Shown piece by piece: positions 28,356 through 39,888 of a DNA stretch of 64,000 bases. Source of the stretch: the human T2T-CHM13v2.0 reference genome, Homo sapiens; assembly GCF_009914755.1 (NCBI RefSeq), contig NC_060928.1. The stretch is one strand, 5' to 3'. Both the position numbers and the translations under genes were made by a program. The stretch's first letter is position 1; each line of letters opens with the position of its first letter. The notes below the pieces were generated by a model. It saw only the letters and a list, made by a program, of their open reading frames with translations. It ran no database searches and was not told the origin of the DNA.

Positions 28356-29672
28356 TTCCTGCCTTCTTATATTAATAAGAAAAATAAAACAAAATAGTGT
28401 TGAAGTGTTGGGGCGGCGAAAATTTTTTGGGGGTGGTATGGAGAGAGAATGGGCGATGTTTCGCAGGGGTGCTTCAAGCGGGATTAGGGGTGGCGTGGGA
28501 ACCTAGAGTGGGAGAGATTAAGCTGAAGGGAGGTATTGTGGTAAGGGGTGATATGGTGAGGATGTTAGAAGAAACATTTGTCGTATAGAATGATTGGTGA
28601 TGGCCTGGATATGGTTTTGGATGAATTGAGAAACTAAGTGGAATAACAGAAGGAGAAAAACAGGTATAAAAGGTCTAAGAATTGGGACGACTCAGGATAT
28701 CTGATTAGAGAGTGCCTAAGGAGATTCAGCATAGTCCTGCCAGCAAAGATTATTTACTTCAAGAGTTAAGAGTGGCAGTTTGGGGATAGCACCAGGAGAT
28801 ATCAGCTGTGATGGCTTGGAGAAACAGTGTAAACCGGCAGTGTAAACAAGAGCAGGTCATATATGAGTAGTTGAGAACGGTGAATAGGAGTATGACTAGA
28901 CAGAAGATAGTAGGGATGACAAGTTTTTTGGGGCACAGTCTAAGTTGGTCTGGTGTCTGGAATGAGACTGGGGCCTAATAAAAAGGAGCGTCTATACAGG
29001 AGCTTAAATGGGCTGTACCCTGTAGCATTCTGAGGACAGGCCTGAATTATGAGAAGGGAAAGTGGTAAAAGTATTGTGCAGTCCTTTTTAAGTTGGTGGC
29101 TGAGCTTGGTGAGGTGTGTTTTTAAAAGACCTTTAGTCCATTCTACTTTTCTTGAAGACGGAGGACCATAAGGGATATAAAGGTTTCACTGAATACTAAG
29201 AGCCTGAAAAACTGCTTGGCTGATTTGACTAATAAAGGCTCGTCTGTTATTAGACTGTATTGAGGTGGGAAGGCTAAACCGAGGAATTATGTCTGACAGA
29301 AGGGAAGAAATGACTGCAGTGGCCTTCTCAGACCCTGTAGGAAAGGCCTCTACCTATCCAGTGAAAGCATCTACCTAGACTAAGAGGTATTTTAGTTATC
29401 TGACTCAGGGCATGTTGAGTAAAGCTAATTTGCCAGTCCTGGGTGGGGCAAATCCTTGAGCTTGATGTGTAGGGAAGGGAAGGGGCCTGAATAATCCCTG
29501 AGGAGTAGTAGAAAAGCAGATGGAACACTGAGAAGTTATTTACTTGAGGATAGATTTCCATGATGGAAAGGAAATGAGAGGTTCTAAGAGGCGGGCTAGT
29601 GGCTTGTACTATAGTATAACCTGCCTTTGCTGGTGTGTGGCGATTCGGCCTGGTGGAACTGCCATCAATAAA

Positions 29673-30002
29673 TCAAGCGTGATCAGGGTGAGGAACAGGA
29701 AAGAAGGAAATGTGGGGAAATGGGGTGAATGTCAGGGGGATCAGAGAGATACAGTCATGGGGGTCAGGTGTGGTATCAGGAATAATGTGGGAGGCTGGAT
29801 TGAAGTCTGGGCCAGGAACAACGGTAATTGTGGGAGACTCAACAAAGAGTGAGTACAGCTGAAGGAGCCTGGGAGCAGAAAGTATATGCGTCAGGTGTGA
29901 GGAAGAAAATAGATTTTGGAAGTTATGAGAACTGTAGAGTGTGAGTTGAGCATAGTTTGTGATTTTGAGGGCCTCTAAAAGTATTAAAGCAGCGGCAGCC
30001 AC
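29673..30002 (-). pseudogene. pol: HERV-H pol remnant (connection/RNase H region)
   Basis: ORF AAAALILLEALKITNYAQLTLYSSH...FNPASHIIPDTTPDPHDC. Confidence 0.8.
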
Positions 30003-30405
30003 TGCATGCAGACATGAGGGCTAGGCTAAAACAGTAAGGTCAAGTTGTTTGGACAGAAACACTACAGGGTGTGGTCCTGGCTCTTGTGTAAGAATTCTGA
30101 CCGAACTAACCATGCCTAGGAAGGAAAGGAGTTGTTTTGTAGAAGGTGCTTGGGTTTGAGAGATCAGTTGGACACGATTGGCAGGGAGAGCATGTGTGTT
30201 TTTATGAGAATTATGCCGAGATAGGTAACAGATGAGGAAGAAATTTGGGCTTGATTGAAGTAATGGGGGCTGTCTGTGAAGCTTTGCAGGAGTACAGCCT
30301 AGGTAATTTGCTGAGCTTGATGGGTGTCAGGGTCAGTCCAAGTGAAAGCGAAGAGAGGCTGGGATGAAGGGTGCAAGGGAATAGTAAAGAAAGCATGTTT
30401 GAAAT

Positions 30406-30729
30406 CTAGAACAGAATAATGGGTTTTGGAGCAGGTATTGAGGATAGGAGAGTATATGGGTTTGGCACCATGGGGTGGATAGGCAAAACAATTTGGTTGA
30501 TAAGGCGCAGATCCTGAACTAACCTGTAAGGCTTGTCTGGTTTTAGTACAGGTAAAATGGGGGAATCATAAGGAGAGTTTATAGGCTTTAAAAGGCCATG
30601 CTGTAGCAGGTGAATGATAACAGGCTTTAATATTTTTAAAGCGTGCTGCAGGATGGGATACTGGCATTGAGTGGGGTAAGGGTGATTAGGTTTTAATGAG
30701 ATGGTAAGGGGTGCATGATCGGTCGCCAA
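30406..30729 (-). pseudogene. pol: HERV-H pol remnant (reverse transcriptase N-terminus), frameshifted
   Basis: ORF SPYDSPILPVLKPDKPYRLVQDLRLINQIVLPIHPMVPNPYTLLSSIP is a gammaretroviral RT motif. Confidence 0.9.
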
Positions 30730-31290
30730 GGAGGGAGTAAAGGTATCTTATACTTGTGGGTTAAGGTTGGGGGATACAAGAGGAGGACACAAAGGAGGCT
30801 TTGGATTGGGAAGAAGGGTGGCAATGAGATATAGCTGTAGTCCAGGAATAGTCAGGGAAGCAGATAATTTAGTTAAAGTGTCTCAGCCTAATAAGGGAAC
30901 TGGCAGGTGGGGATAACTAAAAAGGAGTGCTTAAAAAAGTATTGTCTAAGTTGGCACCAGAGTTGGGGAGTTTTAAGAGGTTTAGAAGCCTGGCCGTCAA
31001 GTCAATACCCACAACAGTTATGGAGGCAAGGGAAACAGACCCTTGAAAAGAAGGTAATTGGAGTGGGTAGCCTCTGTATTGATTAAGAAGGGGACGGGCT
31101 TACCCTCCACTGTGAGAGTTACCCGAAGCTCGGCGTCCGTGATGGTCTAGGGGGCTTCCGAGGTGATCGGGCAGTGTCAGTCTTCAGCCGCTAAGCCAAG
31201 AAGATCTGGGAAGGAGTCAGTCAGAGAGCCTTGGGTCAGAGTTCCAGGGGCTCTGGGAGTGGCTGCCAGGTGAGTTGAACAGTCCGATTT

Positions 31291-31527
31291 TCAGTGGGGT
31301 CCCACACAGATGGGACGCGGCTTAGGAGGAATCCCGGGCTGCGGGCATTCCTTGGCCCATTGGCCAGATTTACGGCACATGTAGCAAGCTCCTGTGCTAG
31401 GAGATTCTGGAGGAATGCCTGGCCACTGCAGTTCAGGCATTTGGAAGTTCTTGTGTGCTGGAGATGTGGCTGGGGTTTGTCTCACAATGGAGGCAAGGAA
31501 TTGCAACTTTTTTCTATTATTGTACAT
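31291..31527 (-). pseudogene. gag: HERV-H gag remnant (nucleocapsid zinc knuckle)
   Basis: CYMCRKSGQWAKEC is CX2CX4HX4C with H>Q; the downstream protease active site reads FLINTEATH instead of D-T-G (about 31063-31093). Confidence 0.85.
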
Positions 31528-32493
31528 CTTGAAGGCAAGGTTAATTAAATCCTGTTGTGGGGTTTGAGGGCCGGAATTTAATTTTTGGAGTTTTATTTAA
31601 TGTCGGGAGCAGATTGGGTAATAAAATGTATTTTAGAATAAGACGGCCTTTTGACCTTTTAGGGTCTAGGGCTGTAAAATGTCTCAGGGTTGCTGCCAAA
31701 CAAGTCATGAACTGGGCTGGATTTTTATATTTGATGAAAAAGAGCCTAAATGCTATCTGATTTGGGATAAAGAAAAAGGAGTATTAACCTTGACTATGCC
31801 TTTAGCTCCAGCCACCTTTTTAAGAGTAAATTGCTGGGCAGGAGGGGGAGGGCTAGTCACGGAACGAAATTGTAAGCCGGACCAGGTGTGAGGAGGGGAG
31901 GTGATAAAAAGATTATAGGGTGGAGGAGCAGAGGCTGAGGAAGAATTGGGACCTAGCTCGGCCTGGCAAGGAGCAGCCTGGGGAGGAAGGGAGAGGTCAG
32001 ATGGGTCTGTAGAAAAGGAAGATTAGAAAGACTCAGTGATGCTTGGGGTTGGTACTGAGGGGACAGGCAGGAGGGAAAGAAGGAAGATTTGGGACGAGTT
32101 GCACTGCACACAGAGACTAGGAAGGGACTGATGTGTAAAAGAATGCCTGGACGTCAGGCACCTCAGACCGTTTGCCTATTTTACGACAAGAATTATTTAG
32201 ATCTTGCAGGATGGAAAAATTCAAAGTGCCATTTTCTGGCTATTTGGAACTACTGTCGAGTTTGTACTGGGGTCAAGTGGCATTGCAGAAGAAAATAAGG
32301 CATTTAGGTTTTAGGTCAGGTGTGAGTTGAAGAGGTTTTAAGTTTTTGAGAACACAGGCAAAGCGGGTAGAAGGAGGAATGGAGGGTGGAAGTTTGCCTA
32401 TAGTGAAGGAAACAAGCCTAGAGAAAAGAGAGAGTAGAGAAATGGAGGGAAGGAGTTCGGGGGTTCTTACCTTCCAGAAAAGTGGGAAAAGGG

Positions 32494-32930
32494 GTTGGGG
32501 CACAGAGATAAGAGGTCAGGGTGCAGAAATAAGGGATGGGGCACAGAAATAAGGGGTAGGGGCATGGAAATAAGGGGTAGGGGCACAGAAATAAGGGGTC
32601 GGGGCACGGAAATAAGGGATTGGGGCACAGAGATATAAGAGGTTGGGGTGCAGAAATAAGGGATTGGGGCACAGAGATACAAGGTTGGGGTACTTGCCCC
32701 TCCTCTAGAAAAGCGGGACTTGCCGCCAAGAGTGAAGGAGAAGGGGTTGAGGGGTACTTGCCCCTCCCCCAGAAAAGTGGGACTTGCTGCTAAGGGTGAA
32801 GGAGAGGGGGTTGAGGGGTACTTGCTCCTCCCCCAGAAAAGCAGAGAAGGGGTAGAGACAAGGAGAGAAGGGGTTGGGGTACTTGCCCCTTTCCCAGAAA
32901 AGCGGGACTTGCCGCTAAGGGTGAAGGACC
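32494..32930. repeat. HERV-H leader tandem repeats: nine ~21-bp units, then ~60-bp units
   Basis: GGGGCACAGAAATAAG-type unit x9 (32494-32685), followed by GGGGTACTTGCCCC...AGAAAAGCGGGACTTGCCGC units. Confidence 0.9.
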
Positions 32931-33333
32931 AAGGCAGGCGTCCCTGCGTGGTCTGACACCTTTGAAACGTGGGTGAATAATCAGAGAGGCATCCCTGCAA
33001 TAATTAAACACCAAGGGAAGGCTGCCTTCCCAGTCCATGACCGGCACCGGAGTTCTGGGTCCACGGATAAAATGTGTCTCCTTTGTCTCTCCCAGAAAAT
33101 GAAAGGAATTGAAATTAAGAGAAGGGAGAGATTGAAGAGTGGAAAGGAGAAAGTGGTTGAGGGACAGTGAGAGAGGTTGGAGAAGAGAGTAAGAAGAGGC
33201 TGCTTACCTGATTTAAAATTGGTGAGATGTTCCTTGGGCTGGTTGGTCTGAGGACTTGAGGTCGTAGGTGGATCTTTCTCACGGAGCAAAGAACAGGAGG
33301 ACAGGGGATTGATCTCCCAAGGGAGGTTCCCCG

Positions 33334-33351
33334 ATCCAACTCACGGCACCA
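33334..33351 (-). promoter_or_regulatory. Primer binding site for tRNA-His
   Basis: Reverse strand TGGTGCCGTGAGTTGGAT versus canonical TGGTGCCGTGACTCGGAT (2 mismatches), immediately after the 5' LTR. Confidence 0.9.
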
Positions 33352-33353
33352 AA

Positions 33354-33803
33354 TTTCATGCGCGTCTGTGTGAAGAGACCACCAAACAGGCTTTGTGTGA
33401 GCAATAAAGCTTTTAATCACCTGGGTGCAGGTGGGCTGAGTCCGAAAAGAGAGTCAGCAAAGGGAGATGGGGTGGGGCCGTTTTATAGGATTTGGGTAGG
33501 TAAAGGAAAATTACAGTCAAAGGGGGGTTGTTCTCTGGCGGGCAGGAGTGGGGGTCGCAAGGTGCTCAGTGGGGGTGCTTTGTGAGCCAGGATGAGCCAG
33601 GAAAAGGACTTTCACAAGGTAATGTCATCAGTTAAGGCAAGGACCGGCCATTTACACTTCTTTTGTGGTGGAATGTCATCAGTTAAGGTGGGGCAGGGCA
33701 TATTCACTTCTTTTGTGATTCTTCAGTTACTTCAGGCCATCTGGGCATATATGTGCAAGTCACAGGGGATGCGATGGCTTGGCTTGGGCTCAGAGGCCAA
33801 ACA
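33354..33803 (-). promoter_or_regulatory. HERV-H 5' LTR (LTR7, 7up-type) promoter/enhancer
   Basis: TATAAAA at 33481-33487 (minus strand); two ACAAAAGA motifs (33659-33666 and 33709-33716); leader splice donor CAG|GTAAGC at 33208/33207. Confidence 0.9.
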
Positions 33804-33845
33804 TGTGGATTTGTTTCTGGGTTCTGTATTCTGTTCCATGGGTGA

Positions 33846-34142
<297 letters not shown>

Positions 34143-34181
34143 AATATGTCTGTTTTTATGCCAGTGTCATGTTGATTTGGT

Positions 34182-34285
34182 TACAATCTCTGTAGTATAC
34201 TACAAGCTCTGTAGTATTATTTATTACAGTCTCTGTAGTATACAGTATTACAATCTCTGTAGTATACCACAAGCTCTGTAGTATA
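34182..34285. repeat. Five-unit minisatellite derived from L1 sequence
   Basis: (T/C)ACA(A/G)(T/G)CTCTGTAGTAT x5, with units of 18-24 bp. Confidence 0.9.
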
Positions 34286-35978
34286 ATTTGAAGTCAGATA
34301 ATGTGATTCCTCCAGTTTTGCTATTTTTGATTAGGATAGCTTTGGTTATGCTGGAGAGTGTGTTTGTGTGTGTGTGATTCCATATAAACTTAAGACTTGT
34401 TTTTTCTATTTCTGTGAAAAATGTCATTGGTATTTTGACAGGGATTGCATTGAATCTGCAGGTTGCTTTGGGTAGTATAGACATTTTAACAATATTGATT
34501 CTTCCAATACCTGAACATGGAATCTTTTTCAAATTTTTGATGTTCTCTTCAATTTATATCATCAGTGTTTTATTGTTTTCATCACAGAGTTCTTTCACTT
34601 CTTTGGTAAAGTTAATTCCATTACAGAATTGTTTCACTTCTTTGGTAAAGTTAATTCCTAGGTATTTAATTTTATTTGTTGCTATTGTAAATGGGATTAC
34701 GTTTTTATTTCCTTTTCAGATAGTTCACTGTTAACATGTAGAAATACTACTGATTTTTGGTTGTTGATTTTGTAGTCTGCAACTTTACTGAATTTGCTTA
34801 TCAGTTCTAATAGTTTTCGTATAGAGTCATTAGGTTTTTCCAAATATAAAGATCATATCATCTGCAAACAAAGGTACTTTGATTTCTTCCTTTCCAATTT
34901 GGATGCCTTCTATTTCTTTCTCTTTTCTGATTGCTCTAGCAAGGACTTCTAGTACTATGTTGAATAACAGTGGTGAAACTGGGCATCCTTGTTGTGTTCC
35001 AGATCTTAGAGGAAAGGCTTGCAGTTTTTCCTCATTCAGTATGATACTAGCTATAGGTCTCTCATATACAGCTTTTATTATGTTGAGATATGTTCCTTTT
35101 ATACCAAATTTTTTGAGTTTTGTTTCCATGAAAAGATGTTGAATGTTGTCAAGTGCTTTTTCAGCATCAATTGAAATGATCATATGGTTTTTGTCCTTCA
35201 TTCTGTTCATATGATGTATCACATTGATTGATTTGCATATAGTGAACCATCCTTGCATCCCTGGGATGAATTTCACTTGGTCATGATTAATGATCTTTTC
35301 AATATCTTGTTGAATTTAGTTTGCTAGTATTTTGTTTAAGATTTTTACATCAATATTCATCCAAGATACTAGCAGGTAGTTTTATTTTTCTTTTCTTTTT
35401 GTGTGTATTTGTCTCGTTTTGGTATCAGGTTAATACTGGCCTTGTAAAATGAATTTTGAAGCATTCCCTCTTGTTCTGTCTTTCAGAATAACCCAAGTAT
35501 GATTAGTATTAGTTCTTTGTTGAAAATTTGGTAGAATTCAACAGCAAAGCCATTGGATCCCGGGCTTTTCTTTACTGGGAAACATTTTATTTGTTACAAC
35601 TTTGATATAGATAGTTGTTATTGGTCTGTTCAAGTTTTGGATTTCTTCCTATTTCAATCTTATAAGCTTTTCTGTGTCTCGAAATTTGTTCATTTATTCT
35701 GTATCTTTCAATTTTTGGCATACAGTTGCTCATAGTAGCCACTAATAATCCTTTGAATTTCTGCAGTATCAGTTGTAATGTCTCCTTTTTCATCTTTGAT
35801 TTTATTTATTTGGATCTTCTCTTTTTTTTCCTTAGTCTGGGTAAAGATTTTTTCGATTTTGTTTAACTTAAAAAAAAAAAACTTTTGTCTGATTGATCTT
35901 TTATATTATTTTCTTCCTTTCAATTTCATTTATTTCTGCTCTGATCTTTATTATTTTCTTCTACTAAATTTTGATTTG

Positions 35979-36276
35979 GGCTGGGTGCAGTATCTCACAC
36001 CTGTAACCCCAGCACTTTGGGAGGCCAATGCTGGAGTATCACTTGAGCTGAGGAATTTGAGACCAGCCTGGCCAACACAGGGAGACCTGTTTCTACCAAA
36101 AAAAACACAAAAAACAAAAAAAACAACAGGACATGTTTGAACACACCTGTTGTCCCAGCTACTTGGGAGGCTGAGGCCCACTTGAGACTAGGATATCAAG
36201 GCTGCAGTGAGCCATAATTGGATCACTGCATTCCAGCCTGTGCAACAGAGTGAGCCTCTATCTCAAAAAAAAAAAA
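35979..36276 (+). mobile_element. AluJ in the host L1
   Basis: Diverged dimer with CAAGGCTGCAGTGAGCCATAATT and an A tail. Confidence 0.88.
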
Positions 36277-36323
36277 TGTGTTTGGTTTGCTCTTGCCATT
36301 CTACTTTTTAAAGATGTATTGTT

Positions 36324-38716
36324 CTATTGGTCTATATCTCTGTTTTGGTATCAGTACCTGCTGTTTTGGTTACTGTAGCCTTGTAGTATAGTTTGAAGTC
36401 AGGCAGCATGATGCCACCAGCTTTGTTCTTTTGGCTTAGGATTGTCTTGGCAATGCAGTCTCTTTTTTGGTTTCATATGAATTTTAAATGAGCTTTTTCC
36501 AATTCTGTGAAGAAAGTCATTGGTAGCTTGATGGAGGTGGCATTGAATCTATAAATTACCTTGGGCTGTATGGCTGTTTTCACAATATTGATCCTTGCTA
36601 TCCATGAGCATGGAATGTTCTTCCATTTGTTTGTGTCCTCTTTTATTTCATTGAGCAATGGTGTGTAGTTCTCCTTGAAGAGGTCCTTCACATCCCTTAC
36701 AAGTTGGATTCCTAGGTATTTAATTCTCTTTGAAGCAATTGTGAATGGGAGTTTACTCATGATTTGGCTCTCTGTTTGTCTGTTATTGGTGTATAGGAAT
36801 GCTTGTGATTTTTGCACATTGATTTTGTATCCTGAGACTTTGCTGAAGTTGCTTATCAGCTTAAGAAGATTTTGAGCTGAGACAGTGGGGTTTTCTAGAT
36901 ATACAATAATGTCATCTGCAAACATGGACAATTTGACTTCCTCTTTTCCTAATTGAATAAGCTTTATTTCTTTCTGCCCCAGCCAGAACTTTAAACACCG
37001 TGTTGAATAGGAGTGGTGAGACAGGGCATCCCTGTCTTGCACCAGTTTTCAAAGAGAATGCTTCCAGTTTTTGCCCATTCAGTATGATATTGGCTCTGGG
37101 TTGGTCATAAATAGCTCTTATTATTTTGGGATACATCCCATCAATACCTAATTTATTGAGAGTTTTTAGCATGAAGGGCTGTTGAATTTTGTCAAAGGCC
37201 TTTCCTGCATCTATTGAGATAATCATGTGGTTTTTGTCTTTGGTTATGTTTATGATGGATTATGTTCATTGATTTGCATATATTGAACCAGCCTTGCATC
37301 CCAGGGATGAAGCCAACTTGATTGTGGTGGATAAGCTTTTTGATGTGCTGCTGGATTCGGTTTGCCAGTATTTTATTGAGGATTTTTGCATCAGTACCAC
37401 ACATCTAAAACCATCTGATCTTTGACAAACCTGAAAAACAAGAAATGGCAAAAGGATTCCCAACTTAATAAATTGTGCTGGGAAAACTGGCTAGCCATAT
37501 GTAGAAACCTGAAACTGGGTCCCTTCCTTACACCTTACAGAAAAATTAATTCAAGATGGATTAAAGACTTAAATATTAGACCTAAAATCATAAAAACCCT
37601 AGAAGAAAACCTAGGCAATACCATTCAGGATGTAGGCATGGGCGAGGACTTCATGACTAAAACACCAAAAGCAATGGCAACAAAAGCAAAAATTGACAAA
37701 TGGGATCTAATTAAATTAAAGAGCTTTGGCACAGCAAAAGAAACCACCATCAGAGTGAACAGGCAACCTACAGAATGGGAGAAAATTTTTACAATCTACA
37801 CATCTGACAGAGGGCTAATATCCAGGATCTACAAAGAACTTAAACAAATTTACAAGAAAAAATCAAACAATCCCATCAAAAAGTGGGTGAAGGATATGAA
37901 CAGACACTTCTCAAAAGAAGACATTTATGCAGCCAAAAGACACATGAAAAAATGCTCATCATCACTGGCCATCAGAGAAATGCAAATCAAAACTACAATG
38001 AGATACCATCTCACACCAGTTAGAACGGTGATCATTAAAAAGTCAGGAAACAACAGGTGCTGGAGAGGATGTGGAGAAATAGGAACACTTTTACACTGTT
38101 GGTGGGAGTGTAAACTAGTTCAACCCTTGTGGAAGACAGTGTGGTGATTCCTCAGGGATCTAGAACTAGAAATACCATTTGACCCAGCCATCCCATTACT
38201 GGGTATATACCCAAAGGATTATAAATCATGCTGCTATAAAGACACATGCACACGTATATTTATTGTGGCACTATTCACAATAGCAAAGACCTGGAACCAA
38301 CCCAAATGTCCATCAATGATAGACTGGATTAAGAAAATGTGGCACATATACACCATGGAATACTATGCAGCCATAAAAAAAGATGAGTTCGTGTCCTTTG
38401 TAGGGACATGGATGAAGCTGGAAACCATCATTCTGAACAAAGTATCACAAGGACAAAAAACCAAACACTCCATGTTGTCACTCATAGGTGGGAATTGAAC
38501 AATGAGAACACTTGGACACAGTGTCCTCACTGTGACATCACACACCAGTGCCTGTCATGGGGTAGAGGGAGGGGGGAGGGATTGCATTAGTAGATATACC
38601 TAATGTAAAGGACGAGTTAATGGGTGCAGCACACCAACATGGCACATGTATACATATGTAACAAATCTGCACGTTGTGCACATGAATCCTAGAACTTAAA
38701 GTATAATTAAAAAAGA
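36324..38716 (+). mobile_element. L1PA (PA4/PA5-like), 5'-truncated with twin-priming inversion: minus segment 36324-37393, plus segment 37395-38716
   Basis: ORF2 peptides on opposite strands (36473-37042 minus; 37422-38147 plus, with [18 protein letters not shown]); 3'UTR and A tail; 14-bp TSD AAAGATG(T/C)ATTGTT at a TTTTT/AAAG site. Confidence 0.93.
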
Positions 38717-39486
38717 AAAGATGCATTGTTGTTTATTTCTAGTTTCTCTTCTTTTTTGATGTAAGTGCTTATAGCTATAAACTCCCCTCTTAGGACTGGT
38801 TTTGCTGTATCCCATAAAGTTTAATATGTTCTTTCTATTATCATTTATTTTAATAAATTTTTCAGTTTCCTCTTTATTTATTGACTCACTGGTCATTCAG
38901 GAGCATGTTGTTTGATTTGCATGTATTTGTGTAATTTTCCAAATTCCTCTTGTTATTATAGTTTTCTTCCATTGTGGTCAGAGAATATGCTTGATGTTAT
39001 TTTAGTTACTTGGAATGTTTTAAGGGCTTGTTTTCTGACCCAAGATATGGTCTGTCTTTGAGAATGACTTACGTGCTGAGGGAAAGAATGTGTATCATGC
39101 ATCCATTGGATGGAGCTGGGAGTAGAGTGACACAAACAACCTCACGGCTACCATTACTAGGAATGTGCTGGGTCAGACCTGAAGCTGGTACAGCACTCGG
39201 TGTCAACTAAGGCCTGATGTAACCACTTCCTGGCTACTACCTATGTTTGCTCAAGGCCCCAGGGCTCTACAGTCAGCAGGTGGCAAGCCAACCAGGCCTG
39301 TGTCCTTCATTTTAGGGTAGTGAGTTCCCCAAGCCCCAGGCAGGTCCAGATTGCCATCCAGGAGTCAGGGACTGGAGTTAAAAACTTAGAAGTCTACCTG
39401 GTGTTCTACTGTACTGTGGTTGAGCTGATACTGAAATGACCAGATGCAGTCCTTCCCCCTTTTTCCTCCCCTTTCCAAAGGCAGAG

Positions 39487-39888
39487 TGTAAGGTTAGCCG
39501 AGAGAAGGAACGAGTAGACCCCAAAGTCAGGCAAGCAAGTTTGTATTAACCTGCCGGGCTGCTCCACTGTAAACAGAGGAGGCAGCCCCGCTTACAGGCT
39601 GCTGTGGGGTTTTATAGGGCAAGGGGCTACGCTGGGGTAGGGGAAACTGAGTAGGGTTGCAGATGTTTCAGCCGTTTCCTGGAAATGTTTTTGCCTGCTT
39701 GGCTAGGCAAGCTCAGCTAGGCAAGGTGGGCAGATGTCTTAACCGCATCCTGGAACTGTTTACCAGTTCTACTGAAAGTCTTGCACAAGACTGTAGGAAA
39801 GGTGAGGGGAGGTTGTTTGTAGGTGGTCACAAATTACTGTATTGCGAAGGACATGGAGGAGGAGGAGGCGTAGCCTGGATCTCTAACA
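39487..39888 (-). mobile_element. ERVL-class solo LTR (LTR18/LTR57-like; subfamily uncertain)
   Basis: TG...CA ends; reverse strand has TATAAAA and the 3' end CTCTCGGCTAACCTTACA; perfect TSD CAGAG. Confidence 0.8.

Larger units (their letters stand above)
27903..33803 (-). mobile_element. HERV-H provirus (common ~5.9-kb form with pol/env deletions) with two LTR7s
   Basis: Two ~450-bp LTR7s, His-tRNA PBS, PPT and gag/pro/pol remnants; 5-bp TSD TGTGG at 27898-27902 and 33804-33808. Confidence 0.97.

Noticed and set aside
32467-33000. 177-aa and overlapping proline-rich ORFs
   Set aside because: Products of the C-rich, stop-poor HERV-H leader repeats; no evidence of a real protein.
34182-34285. 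Repeat-spacer appearance resembling a CRISPR array (also 32494-32685)
   Set aside because: Units are contiguous without unique spacers, there are no cas genes, and the context is eukaryotic retroelement sequence.
37422-38147. 241-aa ORF, the longest in the window
   Set aside because: C-terminal fragment of L1 ORF2p within a truncated, inverted L1PA; it has no true start codon or promoter.
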